Shown here piece by piece: positions 19,188 through 29,463 of a stretch of 64,000 bases of DNA. The notes under the pieces are model-generated. The model saw only the letters and a program-made list of their open reading frames with translations, was not told the origin of the DNA and ran no database searches. Location: positions 124,001 to 188,000 of the IMG/VR virus record IMGVR_UViG_3300018424_000006, one strand, 5' to 3'. Both the position numbers and the translations under genes were made by a program. Within the stretch, counting starts at the first letter, position 1; the number at the start of each line of letters is the position of its first letter.

Positions 19188-19195
19188 GTAATATA
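19188..19195 (-). promoter_or_regulatory. Early promoter TATATTAC (gp68-69-70 operon)
   Basis: TTTCAATTCTATATTAC context. Confidence 0.8.
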
Positions 19196-19282
19196 GAATT
19201 GAAAATTCTTACAGCACATAACCTATCCGTATACTATATATTTATCTTTTATTTTTTGTTTTAATATAATAAGGTGAAAAGA

Positions 19283-19318
19283 AATGCCCCCTACCGACGA
19301 AAGCCGGTAGGGGGTATT
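19283..19318 (-). terminator. Intrinsic terminator
   Basis: CCCCCTACCG/CGGTAGGGGG stem with a U-rich tail. Confidence 0.8.
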
Positions 19319-19326
19319 AGTCTGCT

Positions 19327-19998
19327 TTAACCTACTAGAGTTTCTGGTAGTCCAGAACTTCCAAAGGTTTCAGTATTAGCATCGGCTTGTTGGGCCTTCT
19401 TACGATTCATGAATTCTTCACGCTCTTTACGAAGGATTCGTTCATCAACATGATTCGTTACTAACACTTGGTTTGCTACTGCATCGATTACATTTAACCA
19501 TGACTTAGCTACAATCGTTGAGCACAATGTACGAGTCATTGGCTCGCCATTATAAGTTAGGTTATACCACTGACTATTAAGTAGCGGGAATCGAGGAGTC
19601 GGTCGACCGGGTACGTCCAGTTCAATATAGATAACGCCAGTTTCTGTACGGACAATCTTTACTTCAGATTGCTTGATTCGTGAGCCCGGAGCTTCCGGAG
19701 AAACCGTATTATTAACTACTGAATAAGAACAAGGGGTTTCGGTGCGAATAACTTTACCTAGTAGTTCTTTGAAGGTCTCAAAGATTACCGGGTCCATATT
19801 TGCACTAATTGCTTTCTTGCTCTTTACTGGGTCGGTTGCTTCTTCTGGGTGGTTTAACCAACTTTCCAAGCGTACGTTATTGTTAATAATCCGTACGCCT
19901 AGAATAGGAGACTTTTTACTGTCTCCCCATGGGTATCCCCAGATTTTTAACTTCTGCTTATCTAGAGCAGAATTGAAACGATTTTCTAGGTTTGACAT
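19327..19998 (-). CDS. Conserved protein (gp67 position)
   Basis: 223 aa ORF between the gp66-like and gp68-like genes. Confidence 0.6.
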   Translation of the reverse strand: MSNLENRFNSALDKQKLKIWGYPWGDSKKSPILGVRIINNNVRLESWLNHPEEATDPVKSKKAISANMDPVIFETFKELLGKVIRTETPCSYSVVNNTVSPEAPGSRIKQSEVKIVRTETGVIYIELDVPGRPTPRFPLLNSQWYNLTYNGEPMTRTLCSTIVAKSWLNVIDAVANQVLVTNHVDERILRKEREEFMNRKKAQQADANTETFGSSGLPETLVG

Positions 19999-20011
19999 AA
20001 TGGGTTTCCTG

Positions 20012-20821
20012 TTAAGGTAAACTAGATCGTGATATATGTAAAAACAAATCTTTATTGGCGGTTCCGTATTTGTTTATATCACTTTTTATTTTTGTCATCG
20101 AAGTAAGCGGTGTCCACTTACCTGAGGCGGCAATATCTAGCAACTCATTCTTAACAGAAGGTTTGGCTGCATAGAAGTTAGCGCTCCTGTCTCCTAATAC
20201 TTGGAGAGTAAGAGTATTAAACGGTAGATGGAAATACTTAGGATCTTTGTTTAGCTTCTTGATCCATTCGTATCTACCTTTCGTTTCGCCTGTATGACTT
20301 TCGAGTAGGATCAATTTCCCAAATTCATAGTGGGAAAGTAAGTCTACTGGATAGCTGGTTAGAATGTGTGTAAATTTCGACCTATCTCCATTTAATCGAA
20401 CTACAAATTCCTTTAAGAGACTATCGGGTATGGAACGTTTAGCCATATCGATCGCCATCTCTTCTATATCAGCTAGGAAGGCCTGTTTTGGAGTTTTAGG
20501 TATCTTTACCTTAGCCCATCTAAAGATACGCTCCAGACGCCTAGGAGGAGCCGTAGTATAGTAAACAACTTCTACGTTTTGCTGTTCCAGTAGCGAAAGG
20601 ATATCTTGTATTTCACTAATGAAGTTTTCCAGTAAATCCTGACGACTATAGCGCTCTGGGTTCTCTATGGAATTAACAAAGTTACGTACTAACGTTCTTA
20701 CATTAACCCATAGAGTTTCTACCTTGCTATTCTCAGTAAAGATAGCTGACTCCAATGGCATTGCCGTACCGATACTAAAAGCTAGGCTCTCACCTAACTC
20801 CCGTTCAATTACTTTAGCCAT
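20012..20821 (-). CDS. Conserved protein (gp66-like), possibly PIN/5'-3' nuclease-like fold
   Basis: SIGT, WVNVRTL.RN, LLESHTG, LPFN..TLQV.GD motifs; synteny with SbcD. Confidence 0.6.
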   Translation of the reverse strand: MAKVIERELGESLAFSIGTAMPLESAIFTENSKVETLWVNVRTLVRNFVNSIENPERYSRQDLLENFISEIQDILSLLEQQNVEVVYYTTAPPRRLERIFRWAKVKIPKTPKQAFLADIEEMAIDMAKRSIPDSLLKEFVVRLNGDRSKFTHILTSYPVDLLSHYEFGKLILLESHTGETKGRYEWIKKLNKDPKYFHLPFNTLTLQVLGDRSANFYAAKPSVKNELLDIAASGKWTPLTSMTKIKSDINKYGTANKDLFLHISRSSLP

Positions 20822-21953
20822 TGACAATCTCCGCTAGTTCATCAAGAACCGGTAGTTTAATTTCTTCATCATATTCAGAATCGTCGAGACGTTTGCTGAT
20901 TAGAGAAGCGATGTTTCTTTCGTTAATAGGAACTGCTTCAGTAAGAACATTAATTCTCTTCTGATTAAGTTCGTCTCCGTCCACTTTAACCGGATTGGTT
21001 TTCCAATGGATATTCGGGAAACGATCTCTAAGAGAATCATACAGCGCTAAGAAAGAGGCCATCTTAACAAAAGTTAACCTTACCCAAGAGCCATCTGGAA
21101 GTTTCTTAACACATTCTACAATATGCTTTTCTGCTTCCTCTAGAGTAAACTTAGTAATATCGATTGTATCGAAACGACAAGCTCCTTCATTTACTACAAA
21201 GGTAACCTTATCCAACTCCGGATTCTCAATATCACATTCTACTCTATAATGCCCTTTGTCCTCTTCTTCACCAAAGCAAAGTCTATCAAAAGAACCTTGT
21301 GCCAAAATTCTTTTGTAGCGAGAAGGGTTATGGACATGCCCTATAAAGATATACCTTTCGGTAATACTTAGGTATCGTTCTTCCTTATGACAAGGAAGAG
21401 ATAATCCATTTGGCAATTGGTATTCAAACATACCATGCATGATGCTGAAGTCTACTTTCTCAAGTCCTTCTACACGCATTACTTCTTTTACTTGTTCCCA
21501 AGTATCGTCATTGTCAGAAGACCATTCGTCTGGTATATAGAGAATAGTAATGCCGATATCCTCCATCTTTTCAATAGAAAGAGTATCTACGTATTTACAA
21601 TCTACTACATTGCCCATTGCCGCATTAGCAATATCGAATTCTTTTGACTGACGTCTATCGTGACTAGGAGTACCTTCAAGTACCCTTAGCTTAATATTCC
21701 ATTGCTTGCAAATATTAAGTAGTCGGTTAATCCATCGTTGTGCTTGTCGTACTTCACTATCGGAGAACTCTCTAATGCGATCGAATATATCGCCCGGTAG
21801 GAATATAATATCTAAAGCGCCAGTCTCCGGAGTATTAGGGAAGGCGCTATTGAGATTCTCTATAATAAATGAAGTCGGAACTCGCTTATGAAAAAGATGG
21901 ATATCTGAAGCGCTTGCTACATTAAGCGTCTTACCATTCTTCGTATTCATCAT
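20814..21953 (-). CDS. sbcD: SbcD/Mre11-like metallophosphoesterase nuclease (gp65-like)
   Basis: SDIH, GDIFD, GTPSHD, MHG, GHVH and GSFDR motifs. Confidence 0.9.
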   Translation of the reverse strand: MMNTKNGKTLNVASASDIHLFHKRVPTSFIIENLNSAFPNTPETGALDIIFLPGDIFDRIREFSDSEVRQAQRWINRLLNICKQWNIKLRVLEGTPSHDRRQSKEFDIANAAMGNVVDCKYVDTLSIEKMEDIGITILYIPDEWSSDNDDTWEQVKEVMRVEGLEKVDFSIMHGMFEYQLPNGLSLPCHKEERYLSITERYIFIGHVHNPSRYKRILAQGSFDRLCFGEEEDKGHYRVECDIENPELDKVTFVVNEGACRFDTIDITKFTLEEAEKHIVECVKKLPDGSWVRLTFVKMASFLALYDSLRDRFPNIHWKTNPVKVDGDELNQKRINVLTEAVPINERNIASLISKRLDDSEYDEEIKLPVLDELAEIVNG

Positions 21954-22416
21954 TACTGTCCGGAAGATTATTTGGTCTGTTATCCGATCCAGTCAATTTG
22001 TTTTTATTTAAAACATATTTATCATGAATCATCTTCCATTGAGCACGGTCTTCGTCGGTCATAGATGCTTTACCTACAAAACCTTTTAAATGGTAATTAG
22101 CATAGACTTCTCCCTTAATAGGATTCGCTCTACGACGAAGTTCTACTTCCCTTAATACTTCACCCATGTTTCTATTATGAGTGTTTAGAACGGGCTTCTG
22201 TTCGATTGGAGGTACCCAGAATAAAACCCCTCCTTGTTCATCGATTACATTAACTCGAATGAATGGATTGCCGCCGGTAGCTTTCTCTACCCAGATATCA
22301 CGCTTTTCTTTGCTATCCATATTAAAAAGAATATCAACAAAGTATTCACGAAATACATATTCAGGTACTTCAGGATTGTCTCCCATAATAGCATCTAAGA
22401 AATCTGTATCTGACAT
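21931..22416 (-). CDS. Conserved hypothetical protein
   Basis: 161 aa; VPE..F, W....GNPF..V.V.D and LFWVPPI pattern. Confidence 0.65.
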   Translation of the reverse strand: MSDTDFLDAIMGDNPEVPEYVFREYFVDILFNMDSKEKRDIWVEKATGGNPFIRVNVIDEQGGVLFWVPPIEQKPVLNTHNRNMGEVLREVELRRRANPIKGEVYANYHLKGFVGKASMTDEDRAQWKMIHDKYVLNKNKLTGSDNRPNNLPDSNDEYEEW

Positions 22417-22419
22417 GGA

Positions 22420-22827
22420 TTACTCCTTGGCATTCAGTCTACGAATCTCCATGTGGATATTGGAGATATCTCTGGTACTAATTGTGGAACCTAGGCTTGT
22501 AGAAATACCGCCATCGGTAGTAGCGACAATGTCAATATCAATCTTGCGCGATTGAATATATTCATCATCGGAAGAATCTGCAATTTGTACATCTACTTCT
22601 GCGAAATAACGCAGTAGATATTTATTGAAAGCTGTAGTTAGCTCTCTACGGATTGTTTCTATATCATTCGGATTGTCAGAGATGATGGCCTGAACAGAAA
22701 TAACTTCACCATGGTAAAGATTACTCTGACTGCGATCAGAAACAAATGCTTGTTCGTATAACTTAGAAAGGGATTGAGCAGGATCACTAATCCATGCTTC
22801 GGCACCCAATACAGGAACTTCGTTCAT
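22420..22827 (-). CDS. Conserved hypothetical protein (gp62-like)
   Basis: SDRSQSNLY motif; start ATG 22827. Confidence 0.6.
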   Translation of the reverse strand: MNEVPVLGAEAWISDPAQSLSKLYEQAFVSDRSQSNLYHGEVISVQAIISDNPNDIETIRRELTTAFNKYLLRYFAEVDVQIADSSDDEYIQSRKIDIDIVATTDGGISTSLGSTISTRDISNIHMEIRRLNAKE

Positions 22828-22859
22828 TGCAATTACCTGCGAAAACAAAAAAAATAAAG

Positions 22860-22893
22860 AAACAGAAAAGCCGACGAGCGGCTTTTCTGTTTT
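22860..22893 (-). terminator. Intrinsic terminator
   Basis: AAACAGAAAAGCCG/CGGCTTTTCTGTTT stem plus U-tract. Confidence 0.85.
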
Positions 22894-22897
22894 TATG

Positions 22898-23512
22898 CTA
22901 AAGAATCAAATCATTCCACTCTGAGGTTGGATCGACTGGACTGTTCTCAAGAGAACTATCAATCATATCCCACGTACGGAGGATTGATACCTTTTCAGGA
23001 GTCAGTAGAGGTTTGTCATCTTCTACGATTTTCTCGTAGTAGTTAACTACCTGATATTGATCTTCATGCTTAACGACCATACCGTCAGTTGCCCGACGAT
23101 AATCATAATGGTCTTTGCCAATAGCACCGGGGTGCATATCGGCATAACGATCACCGTAACCCTCGATCGAGTTGTCGTGATAAAGCTGTCTTAGAGTTGG
23201 TTGTGCCATTACCCATCTCACCATCTGCTGCGGCGCGTTCTGGATTTCCCCTGTCCGCTGCAAATAACGAATGGCGTCCGGCTGGCCGACAGCACTCACC
23301 TTATTGATGATTGCTTCCGCCTTGCGATAAATATCATAAAAGCCAGACGACTTTACCCTCTCTTGGAACTGCTGTAGCTGACCAGAAGCACTATCAAGCA
23401 CTTGACTATAGTCGGCCATACGACCTCGAACATATTCCGAAACGGCTGCTGTGGCTCGTCCGCCAATTGCTGCCATTGCGATGTTAGGGTTACCATAATT
23501 AACGGTAGCCAT
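22898..23512 (-). CDS. Conserved protein (gp59-like)
   Basis: MVRWVMAQP, YDYRRATDG and DPTSEW motifs; directly follows nvRNAP beta'-N. Confidence 0.65.
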   Translation of the reverse strand: MATVNYGNPNIAMAAIGGRATAAVSEYVRGRMADYSQVLDSASGQLQQFQERVKSSGFYDIYRKAEAIINKVSAVGQPDAIRYLQRTGEIQNAPQQMVRWVMAQPTLRQLYHDNSIEGYGDRYADMHPGAIGKDHYDYRRATDGMVVKHEDQYQVVNYYEKIVEDDKPLLTPEKVSILRTWDMIDSSLENSPVDPTSEWNDLIL

Positions 23513-23523
23513 ATACTCTCCGG

Positions 23524-23742
23524 TTATGCCGCTAGGTTAGAACCACGACCTTCAATCTCGTAGTCTTCCTCTTCGATCCAGTTATGTATAGTACCTACCG
23601 TAGCATCAGGCAACTGAATATTTTTATTCAACTTACCTGGGGATGCTGGGTTGTGGATACCATAGTGTGGTCTTAGATTCTCTACCATCTCCCGTTCTAC
23701 TCCAGAAGGGATTAGGCAGCCAGACATTTGGTCACCATCGAA
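23524..23742 (-). CDS. nvRNAP beta'-N exon 2
   Basis: Begins TTC GAT GGT GAC (FDGD) right after the intron's terminal G, completing NADFDGD. Confidence 0.92.
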   Translation of the reverse strand, partial: FDGDQMSGCLIPSGVEREMVENLRPHYGIHNPASPGKLNKNIQLPDATVGTIHNWIEEEDYEIEGRGSNLAA

Positions 23743-24939
23743 CTAATATCTTCGACAAGTATCGCTACTACTTGCCCGTTCTCTTATGAACTGCTTCAGG
23801 TTTTCCCTGAATGTAGAGACTATATCTTCATCCTCATGTACTCCATTTGTACGTAAAGGAGACCCCCATTCGATCCGCATTCGGACCACTTAGTCGTTGA
23901 ACCTATCTCATATTCTCGAAAGAACTTAGAGACTTCGCTGCGCCGGTTCTCCATCTATCCGTAAGGGTTTTTACCATGCCTAACGCTTCCATTACTGGGT
24001 TAGGTATTACACTCTATTTCTAGGTGTAAGTGGTACCTTACGGCTTTAGTGAGTTCCCGCAATTAGAGGGTTTGTTTTCTAGTAAATTACTTTACTAGGC
24101 AGACTTTTTAAACATAAAGCCTTGATAAGGCTCCATTGTCTTTATGCAGCGAGCAATGCGTTTTGAATTTATACCTGTAACTTTCTCCGCATGACGGATA
24201 GAGTTATACGTTTCTTCATTATCTCCATTAATGGAAACTACTTTGAAACGCGGAGGCATTTTATTCCTAGAGTAATTCACCAAGTTTCCATCTATATCAA
24301 CTAGATGGACTTGGTATCCGCAGTACTCCATTCCATTCCCATTCTTATCAAGAGCTTCAGAGAAGCTTGCAGGATTTCGGTCAAGGAATGTTGCTGCGTC
24401 AGCTTGGCTGACATGGCTAAACTTTTTACCTGTTTTCATGCATGTAAGTACAACAAAATTGTTATCCTTACGAAGTCCATGTTTAAAGGCATGTTTAGAA
24501 TTCTCTGCATAGCTAACCCATTCAAGATTAGCAGGTTTGTTATTTCGCTTGTCTCCATCAATATGGTTGATGAGAGGCTTGTCTTTTAGATTTGGTATAA
24601 AGGCTAATGCAACTAGTCTATGATGTAACTCATTCTTTCCATTTACTCTAACAGTAGAGTATCCGGCGGATTGAGTTTCTGACGTAGCTACTTTACCTCT
24701 AGGACCAAATACTTCTAGAGTTTCTTTCGAAATAACATATCCATCAAACCCCGGTATAAAGTAAAGGTTATCTTTACAAACCAATGGTTTAGTGAAATAC
24801 AGAGAGCCGTCAACAAATACCACAAAGCGATGAAGCCCTGTTGGCAGTTCAGGCATATGTTCCATACAAAGATCTTGGAAACACTTATCGTTGGAATCAC
24901 TACTATTTTCCACGACTTAGTTCCATATGTTATTGGTTT
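23743..24939 (-). mobile_element. Group I self-splicing intron (1197 nt) with homing endonuclease
   Basis: The 5' exon ends in U (GAT) and the intron ends in G. Conserved core elements are present: P AATTGCGGGAA, Q CGCAGC, R GTTCAACGACTA, S AAGATATAGTC, and P3 ACCCTC/GGGGGT. Removal restores frame and the catalytic motif. Confidence 0.93.
24095..24913 (-). CDS. Intron-encoded HNH homing endonuclease (NUMOD4-like + HNH + NUMOD1-like repeats)
   Basis: HRLVALAFIPN..INHIDGDKRNN..NLEWVSYAEN; C-terminal YNSIRHAEKVTGI helix-turn-helix. Confidence 0.93.
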   Translation of the reverse strand: MENSSDSNDKCFQDLCMEHMPELPTGLHRFVVFVDGSLYFTKPLVCKDNLYFIPGFDGYVISKETLEVFGPRGKVATSETQSAGYSTVRVNGKNELHHRLVALAFIPNLKDKPLINHIDGDKRNNKPANLEWVSYAENSKHAFKHGLRKDNNFVVLTCMKTGKKFSHVSQADAATFLDRNPASFSEALDKNGNGMEYCGYQVHLVDIDGNLVNYSRNKMPPRFKVVSINGDNEETYNSIRHAEKVTGINSKRIARCIKTMEPYQGFMFKKSA

Positions 24940-26175
24940 ATCTGCGTTGGGCGCTGCAATAGCTAGAACGCTAATTTCGGAAGAGTTTCGACTAAACCCT
25001 GTAATACGGAACAACTGAGTTGAACCATATGCTAGTGTAGGATAACGAGTGAACGTTACCCAGAAGCCTTCTCCATTTGGAGTCTCTTTCACAAGCTGAT
25101 GCAGTTCGTCCCATAGGAATGAGTCGATTTTCGCACTATGCTTTATGATGTAGTCGTAGGCATCTTTTTCACTATAGCCATGCTTGTTCATAAGTCTATT
25201 TATTAAATGGACTCGGAACAGTACACAGCCTTCTGAGTAGGGAATAGTTAGTTCTTCATAATGATGGCGATCAGTACGAGAAGTAATTGTGGTACGGAAG
25301 CTGAAAGCTACACGGCTACCATAAATGGAGCTTCGGAACCAACCTGATTTAGATGCCAATATCTCTTTGAGAATATGGGTATAGTAGTCTGCTAAGTTAA
25401 CAGATACTTGGGTCAGTTTGTTTCCTATGCGCCGCAGGTCACTTTCATCTCGCAATTCAATCACTTTAAAGATTGCTTCACGAGCATGTCGCAAGGAGCT
25501 ATCTGAATAGTCTCCCATAGCGGTCTTCTCGATTACAAAAGCGATCTTATTTGGAATCGGCAAATACTTGCACGTAAGCTCGTTTCTGTAACGATGAAAG
25601 AACGTAATATACTCTTTATGAGTATTACGCCCTCGTAGACGTTTATCGATTAAATCAATCACACGATCGAAATCTTCGATGGTTTCATTGAGCCCCCGCC
25701 TTAAACCCATGTCATCAATTTGATTCTTGAGTCGAATGGCTTGGGAATTGGTTGGTTCTGGTGCTCGATAGTTCGTATTACAAAGATACTCAATACCGGA
25801 CCAAGAGCCTTGCTGCTTAACCGTTAAGGCTGACGATAACATCTCCCAAACAATGGGAGTGAACATGCCGTGGATGCCCTCTGGCGCACGTATCCAGAGA
25901 TTACTCTCAATAGGTCGAGTGTAATCGTAATCTACCGTCTGATTGCATTTAGGGCATGTCATACCAACAAAGGTACTGTTTGCCAAATAGCCGCAACCGC
26001 AGGTAGGAACACTGTTCAGCGTTACCTCATCCTTACCATAAGTAGTAAGGATTAAATTTTCAAGGGTCTCTTGATTTAATTTAGTAGATAAGTCGAAGTC
26101 ATTAAGTATGACTGGCTTAAATGGTAAAGCTTGAAAGAGTCTGTCTGGGTTTACTAAGGATAGCGTTTTTGCCAT
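24940..26175 (-). CDS. nvRNAP beta'-N exon 1 (gp55-like); spliced product 484 aa
   Basis: CGCG...CPKC Zn finger, KSGWFR..YGSR, RYPTL..GS; ends APNAD. Confidence 0.92.
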
Positions 26176-26208
26176 TTCCTACCTCTAACTGGCTTAAGAA
26201 AAAAATAG

Positions 26209-26238
26209 AAAGAAACCCAGCCTAGACCGGGTTTCTTT
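26209..26238 (-). terminator. Terminator after chimallin
   Basis: AAAGAAACCC/GGGTTTCTTT stem plus U-tract. Confidence 0.75.
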
Positions 26239-26269
26239 TTTCAGTCGTCTTTCTTCTTTAAGCTAGTGC

Positions 26270-28096
26270 TTAGTAGAAGTAAGTACGGCTGTTATCTTGC
26301 CAGTTAGTGTTATTGCTAACATATAGGCCAGCAGGAGCATGGATGTTAGCCATGTCAGGCGCGGCATTCCAGTGGCTAGCAACTAACTGAGGCACAAGGT
26401 TAGTGAACCCTTCGGTACGCATAGTCATGCCCGCAGCGTGGATAGCTTGAAGCATTGCGTTGATTAGGTTCGGGTGGAACGTTAGACGGAAGATGATACC
26501 GCGCTGTTCGAAACCACCTGCTAGTAACTGCTTAAGGTTCTCACGGTAGTCGTGACAAGTCTTGTCGTTAGCAGTAGTAGGCTGAGAAGCCTGCTGGTAG
26601 ATTTCCATTAGCTGCGCATCGCCTTTAGAAAGCTCAAGAGTTTTCAAGTAGTCGATGTCACGGATATCACGAGTTACGCCGTCTTCGTCAACGTAAGTAC
26701 CGTCAACACGCTTAGTGGCACCTTGAAGCATGATTGGGTTTTGACCCCAAATGCCTTTGAACTTACCGTTGGTGAAACGATCGATTTCATTGATGATCAT
26801 TTCGTTCGCACGAGCTTGCGCTTGTGGATCACGATTTAACCCGGCAGCATCCATGAAGAAACGCTGTACCCAGTGTAGTCGAGAACCAACCTGGAAGTCT
26901 AGAGAAACAACTACACCTTCACGGAACAAGTTCGGAGAGATGGTGTATGGAGTTACTGCACCTTGTGCTACAGGAGCACCAATGTGCTGCGGAGTCAACT
27001 GGAAAGGCTTAGCGTCTTTCTTAGCTGGGATACCGCCGCTTGCTAGAGCTGTGTAGTCAAATTCGTAACCAAGGTTAGCTAGAGAGGCTTTACGGCTAGA
27101 GGCAGTGTTGTAAACTGACAATAGGTGATCGCCCTGTACTAAGTTAGCAATAGATACTAAGCTTAGAAGCTGACCAGATAGACCTTCACGAGTCACTTCC
27201 GCGCCCATGTTAGACATATCGGTTAGGACAACATGCTTCATGTAAGGAGGAGCAACTTTGTTCATGGCTGGGTTTTGGCCAACGCTGGTACGAATGATGT
27301 CAACGAAACCAGAAGCTTTTGCTAACTGCATGTTTACATCTTTCTTGTGCGGATCGTTAGACTTCTTGGCAGCTTCAGTAGTTAGCTGTAGAGTTGCAGT
27401 GAAGTCAGTGCTGATTGGTAGCCCGGCATTGTTAACATCGCCAGCACCCGGATTAACTTCTAGCTTGTTTACTAGAGTTAGTGGTACAGATGCAGATTGG
27501 ATATCGCCAATAGTTGGAGAGCTTAGTTCCAATACGTTTTCAGCACAAGCTAGTACCGCAGATTCAACTGTGCTGCGTGCAATACGCTCATCAGTGAAGT
27601 CAACAGTTTTAGGAACCATGCAGAAGCCGATAGTACGAACTTTAAGGCCGTCTTTATCAACTACTTTAGAAACCGCAGAAGCCACTTTGTCTTTTAGAGT
27701 GTCAGAGAACAACTCAGTAACTAGCGGATCGATTTCAATCTGGGTGCCCATGTTTTCAACGAACTTAGATTCTAGAGTATTGTCGCGCAGGAACTTCTCT
27801 AGAAGTAAGCAGAAAGTGAACGCCGTGTCACCTTTAATTAAATAAACAGCGAGAGTAGGTATGGCCAATTCATCGCTAATTAGTGCCAAGCCGCCGGAAA
27901 CCTGAGAGTTCTTCGCACAGAAGTCTTGAAGTAAAACTTCAGCCTGCTCATTGAAAATTTTCAAAGAGTCGGCTAGACCTTGACTTGAAGAAACAGTGCG
28001 CATTAGCATGTCTTCAATAGAACCGCCAAATGGAGACGCTGGAGTCTCGATTGGGTTGGCTTGTGGCTGCTGGGTATCGTTACCAGTATGGATCAT
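26270..28096 (-). CDS. chmA: Chimallin, major phage-nucleus shell protein (gp54-like)
   Basis: 608 aa, GTY.D.DG..RDIRDIDYL motif, strongly biased codon usage, directly upstream of nvRNAP beta'-N. Confidence 0.88.
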   Translation of the reverse strand: MIHTGNDTQQPQANPIETPASPFGGSIEDMLMRTVSSSQGLADSLKIFNEQAEVLLQDFCAKNSQVSGGLALISDELAIPTLAVYLIKGDTAFTFCLLLEKFLRDNTLESKFVENMGTQIEIDPLVTELFSDTLKDKVASAVSKVVDKDGLKVRTIGFCMVPKTVDFTDERIARSTVESAVLACAENVLELSSPTIGDIQSASVPLTLVNKLEVNPGAGDVNNAGLPISTDFTATLQLTTEAAKKSNDPHKKDVNMQLAKASGFVDIIRTSVGQNPAMNKVAPPYMKHVVLTDMSNMGAEVTREGLSGQLLSLVSIANLVQGDHLLSVYNTASSRKASLANLGYEFDYTALASGGIPAKKDAKPFQLTPQHIGAPVAQGAVTPYTISPNLFREGVVVSLDFQVGSRLHWVQRFFMDAAGLNRDPQAQARANEMIINEIDRFTNGKFKGIWGQNPIMLQGATKRVDGTYVDEDGVTRDIRDIDYLKTLELSKGDAQLMEIYQQASQPTTANDKTCHDYRENLKQLLAGGFEQRGIIFRLTFHPNLINAMLQAIHAAGMTMRTEGFTNLVPQLVASHWNAAPDMANIHAPAGLYVSNNTNWQDNSRTYFY

Positions 28097-28164
28097 AGTA
28101 CTATAAACCTTTTATTCGAATGGTTGGTTAACGAGATGTGATAGATAGTATCACTCTCAATATA

Positions 28165-28172
28165 ATGATATA
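28165..28172 (-). promoter_or_regulatory. Early promoter variant TATATCAT upstream of chimallin
   Basis: ATTCTATATCAT, same context as the other early promoters. Confidence 0.55.
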
Positions 28173-28324
28173 GAATCGTATTTTCTTGAAACACGGATTT
28201 TCAAGGGCAGAACGACATAGACCCTTAAGGGCAATTTGCATTGCTCTCTATAGAATATAAGGTGATATTATTTTTTTGCACGGTTGATCATATAGAGACT
28301 GAATCTATATAAAGGAATTTGGTA

Positions 28325-29419
28325 ATGTACAATATTTTTAAATATGCTGCGAGTAGTAGTCGCGGCAGTAAAGTTAATAATGATCTAAATAGATTGTTAT
28401 GGCAGCAGAATGAATCATGTGAAAAATTAATTGCGTATGAGCAAAAGAAAGGTTCTATAGTAGATGGTAGGCATCCACTCATTCGAGTCTTTCATACTCT
28501 TCCTGTTTTAGAACCAAAGGTAGATGCCTCTACTTACTACAACTCTGTAAGGAATGAAGAGATTGAGATCGGTAATTCAATTGATATTACTAATAGCCAT
28601 AATGAAGGCAAGATCTTTGATGATTTATTCTTCATGGGTAAAACAATCTTTCTTCAGGATAGAGAAGTTATTCCATTTACCGAATTACTGAATATCGATG
28701 AGACTAACTGGAAGACTCGTATTGTTCCTTTGAAGTGTTTACGTCTTTCTTCTTTTGTTAATCAAATTAATGATGCTAAACCTGAATCTAGTCAGATGGG
28801 TCTAGAAGACTATTCTGTGGTTAGTCTTAATATCCCTAAATTAGGTTTGATGTACTACTACTGGAAACAAGAAAATGCTAAGCGTCCAAGTGATGAGCGT
28901 GAGACTCCTGCTATCTTTATTTCCCGTTATGTAATTCCTAACATGTATAAGAGTCAAATGCAAGCAGGGCTTGTAAATGATCTTTATACTCTACTATCTG
29001 GTTTTAGTATCATTAAAGAAAAGCCTGAGACTAGCTTCTGGGTTATTGACCGTAACGAAGAAATGCTAAAAGAATATGAGGAGATGATTGAAGGCCTCCC
29101 CCTTAAGTCTTATGAGTTTGATGAGATACTTTTTGTCATGCCTAGTTATGAAGATAAAGTTATCTTAAGTCATATTCCAAATTTAATGGATCAAGAAACC
29201 CTTAATAACAAATGGGCTATTCTAGCAGCTTCTATTGATATGATTTCTTTAGCAGCTTTATTAGTTAGCAATAGTTCTTCTGGGTTAAGCGAGTTAAGAA
29301 CTCGATTCAAAGTACTTAATCGTCATATTAAGAATAACGGTATTCTTCGTAAGATTGATGATAAAGATATTCGAGAGACTTTGTCTTCTCGTTTAGATGA
29401 GATTGCGGATTTATTTTAG
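28325..29419 (+). CDS. Conserved protein (gp52-like)
   Basis: Opposite-strand gene between chimallin and DNA polymerase; start ATG 28325. Confidence 0.6.
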   Translation: MYNIFKYAASSSRGSKVNNDLNRLLWQQNESCEKLIAYEQKKGSIVDGRHPLIRVFHTLPVLEPKVDASTYYNSVRNEEIEIGNSIDITNSHNEGKIFDDLFFMGKTIFLQDREVIPFTELLNIDETNWKTRIVPLKCLRLSSFVNQINDAKPESSQMGLEDYSVVSLNIPKLGLMYYYWKQENAKRPSDERETPAIFISRYVIPNMYKSQMQAGLVNDLYTLLSGFSIIKEKPETSFWVIDRNEEMLKEYEEMIEGLPLKSYEFDEILFVMPSYEDKVILSHIPNLMDQETLNNKWAILAASIDMISLAALLVSNSSSGLSELRTRFKVLNRHIKNNGILRKIDDKDIRETLSSRLDEIADLF

Positions 29420-29427
29420 CGGCATAA

Positions 29428-29456
29428 AACCCTACCTCCAGTTAGGAGGTAGGGTT
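29428..29456. terminator. Bidirectional terminator
   Basis: AACCCTACCTCC/GGAGGTAGGGTT between convergent genes. Confidence 0.85.
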
Positions 29457-29463
29457 ATTCTGT

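Noticed and set aside
24715-24939. C-terminal 74 aa of track ORF 24715..26175
   Set aside because: This is read-through into the intron; the real protein continues at 23742 (FDGD).
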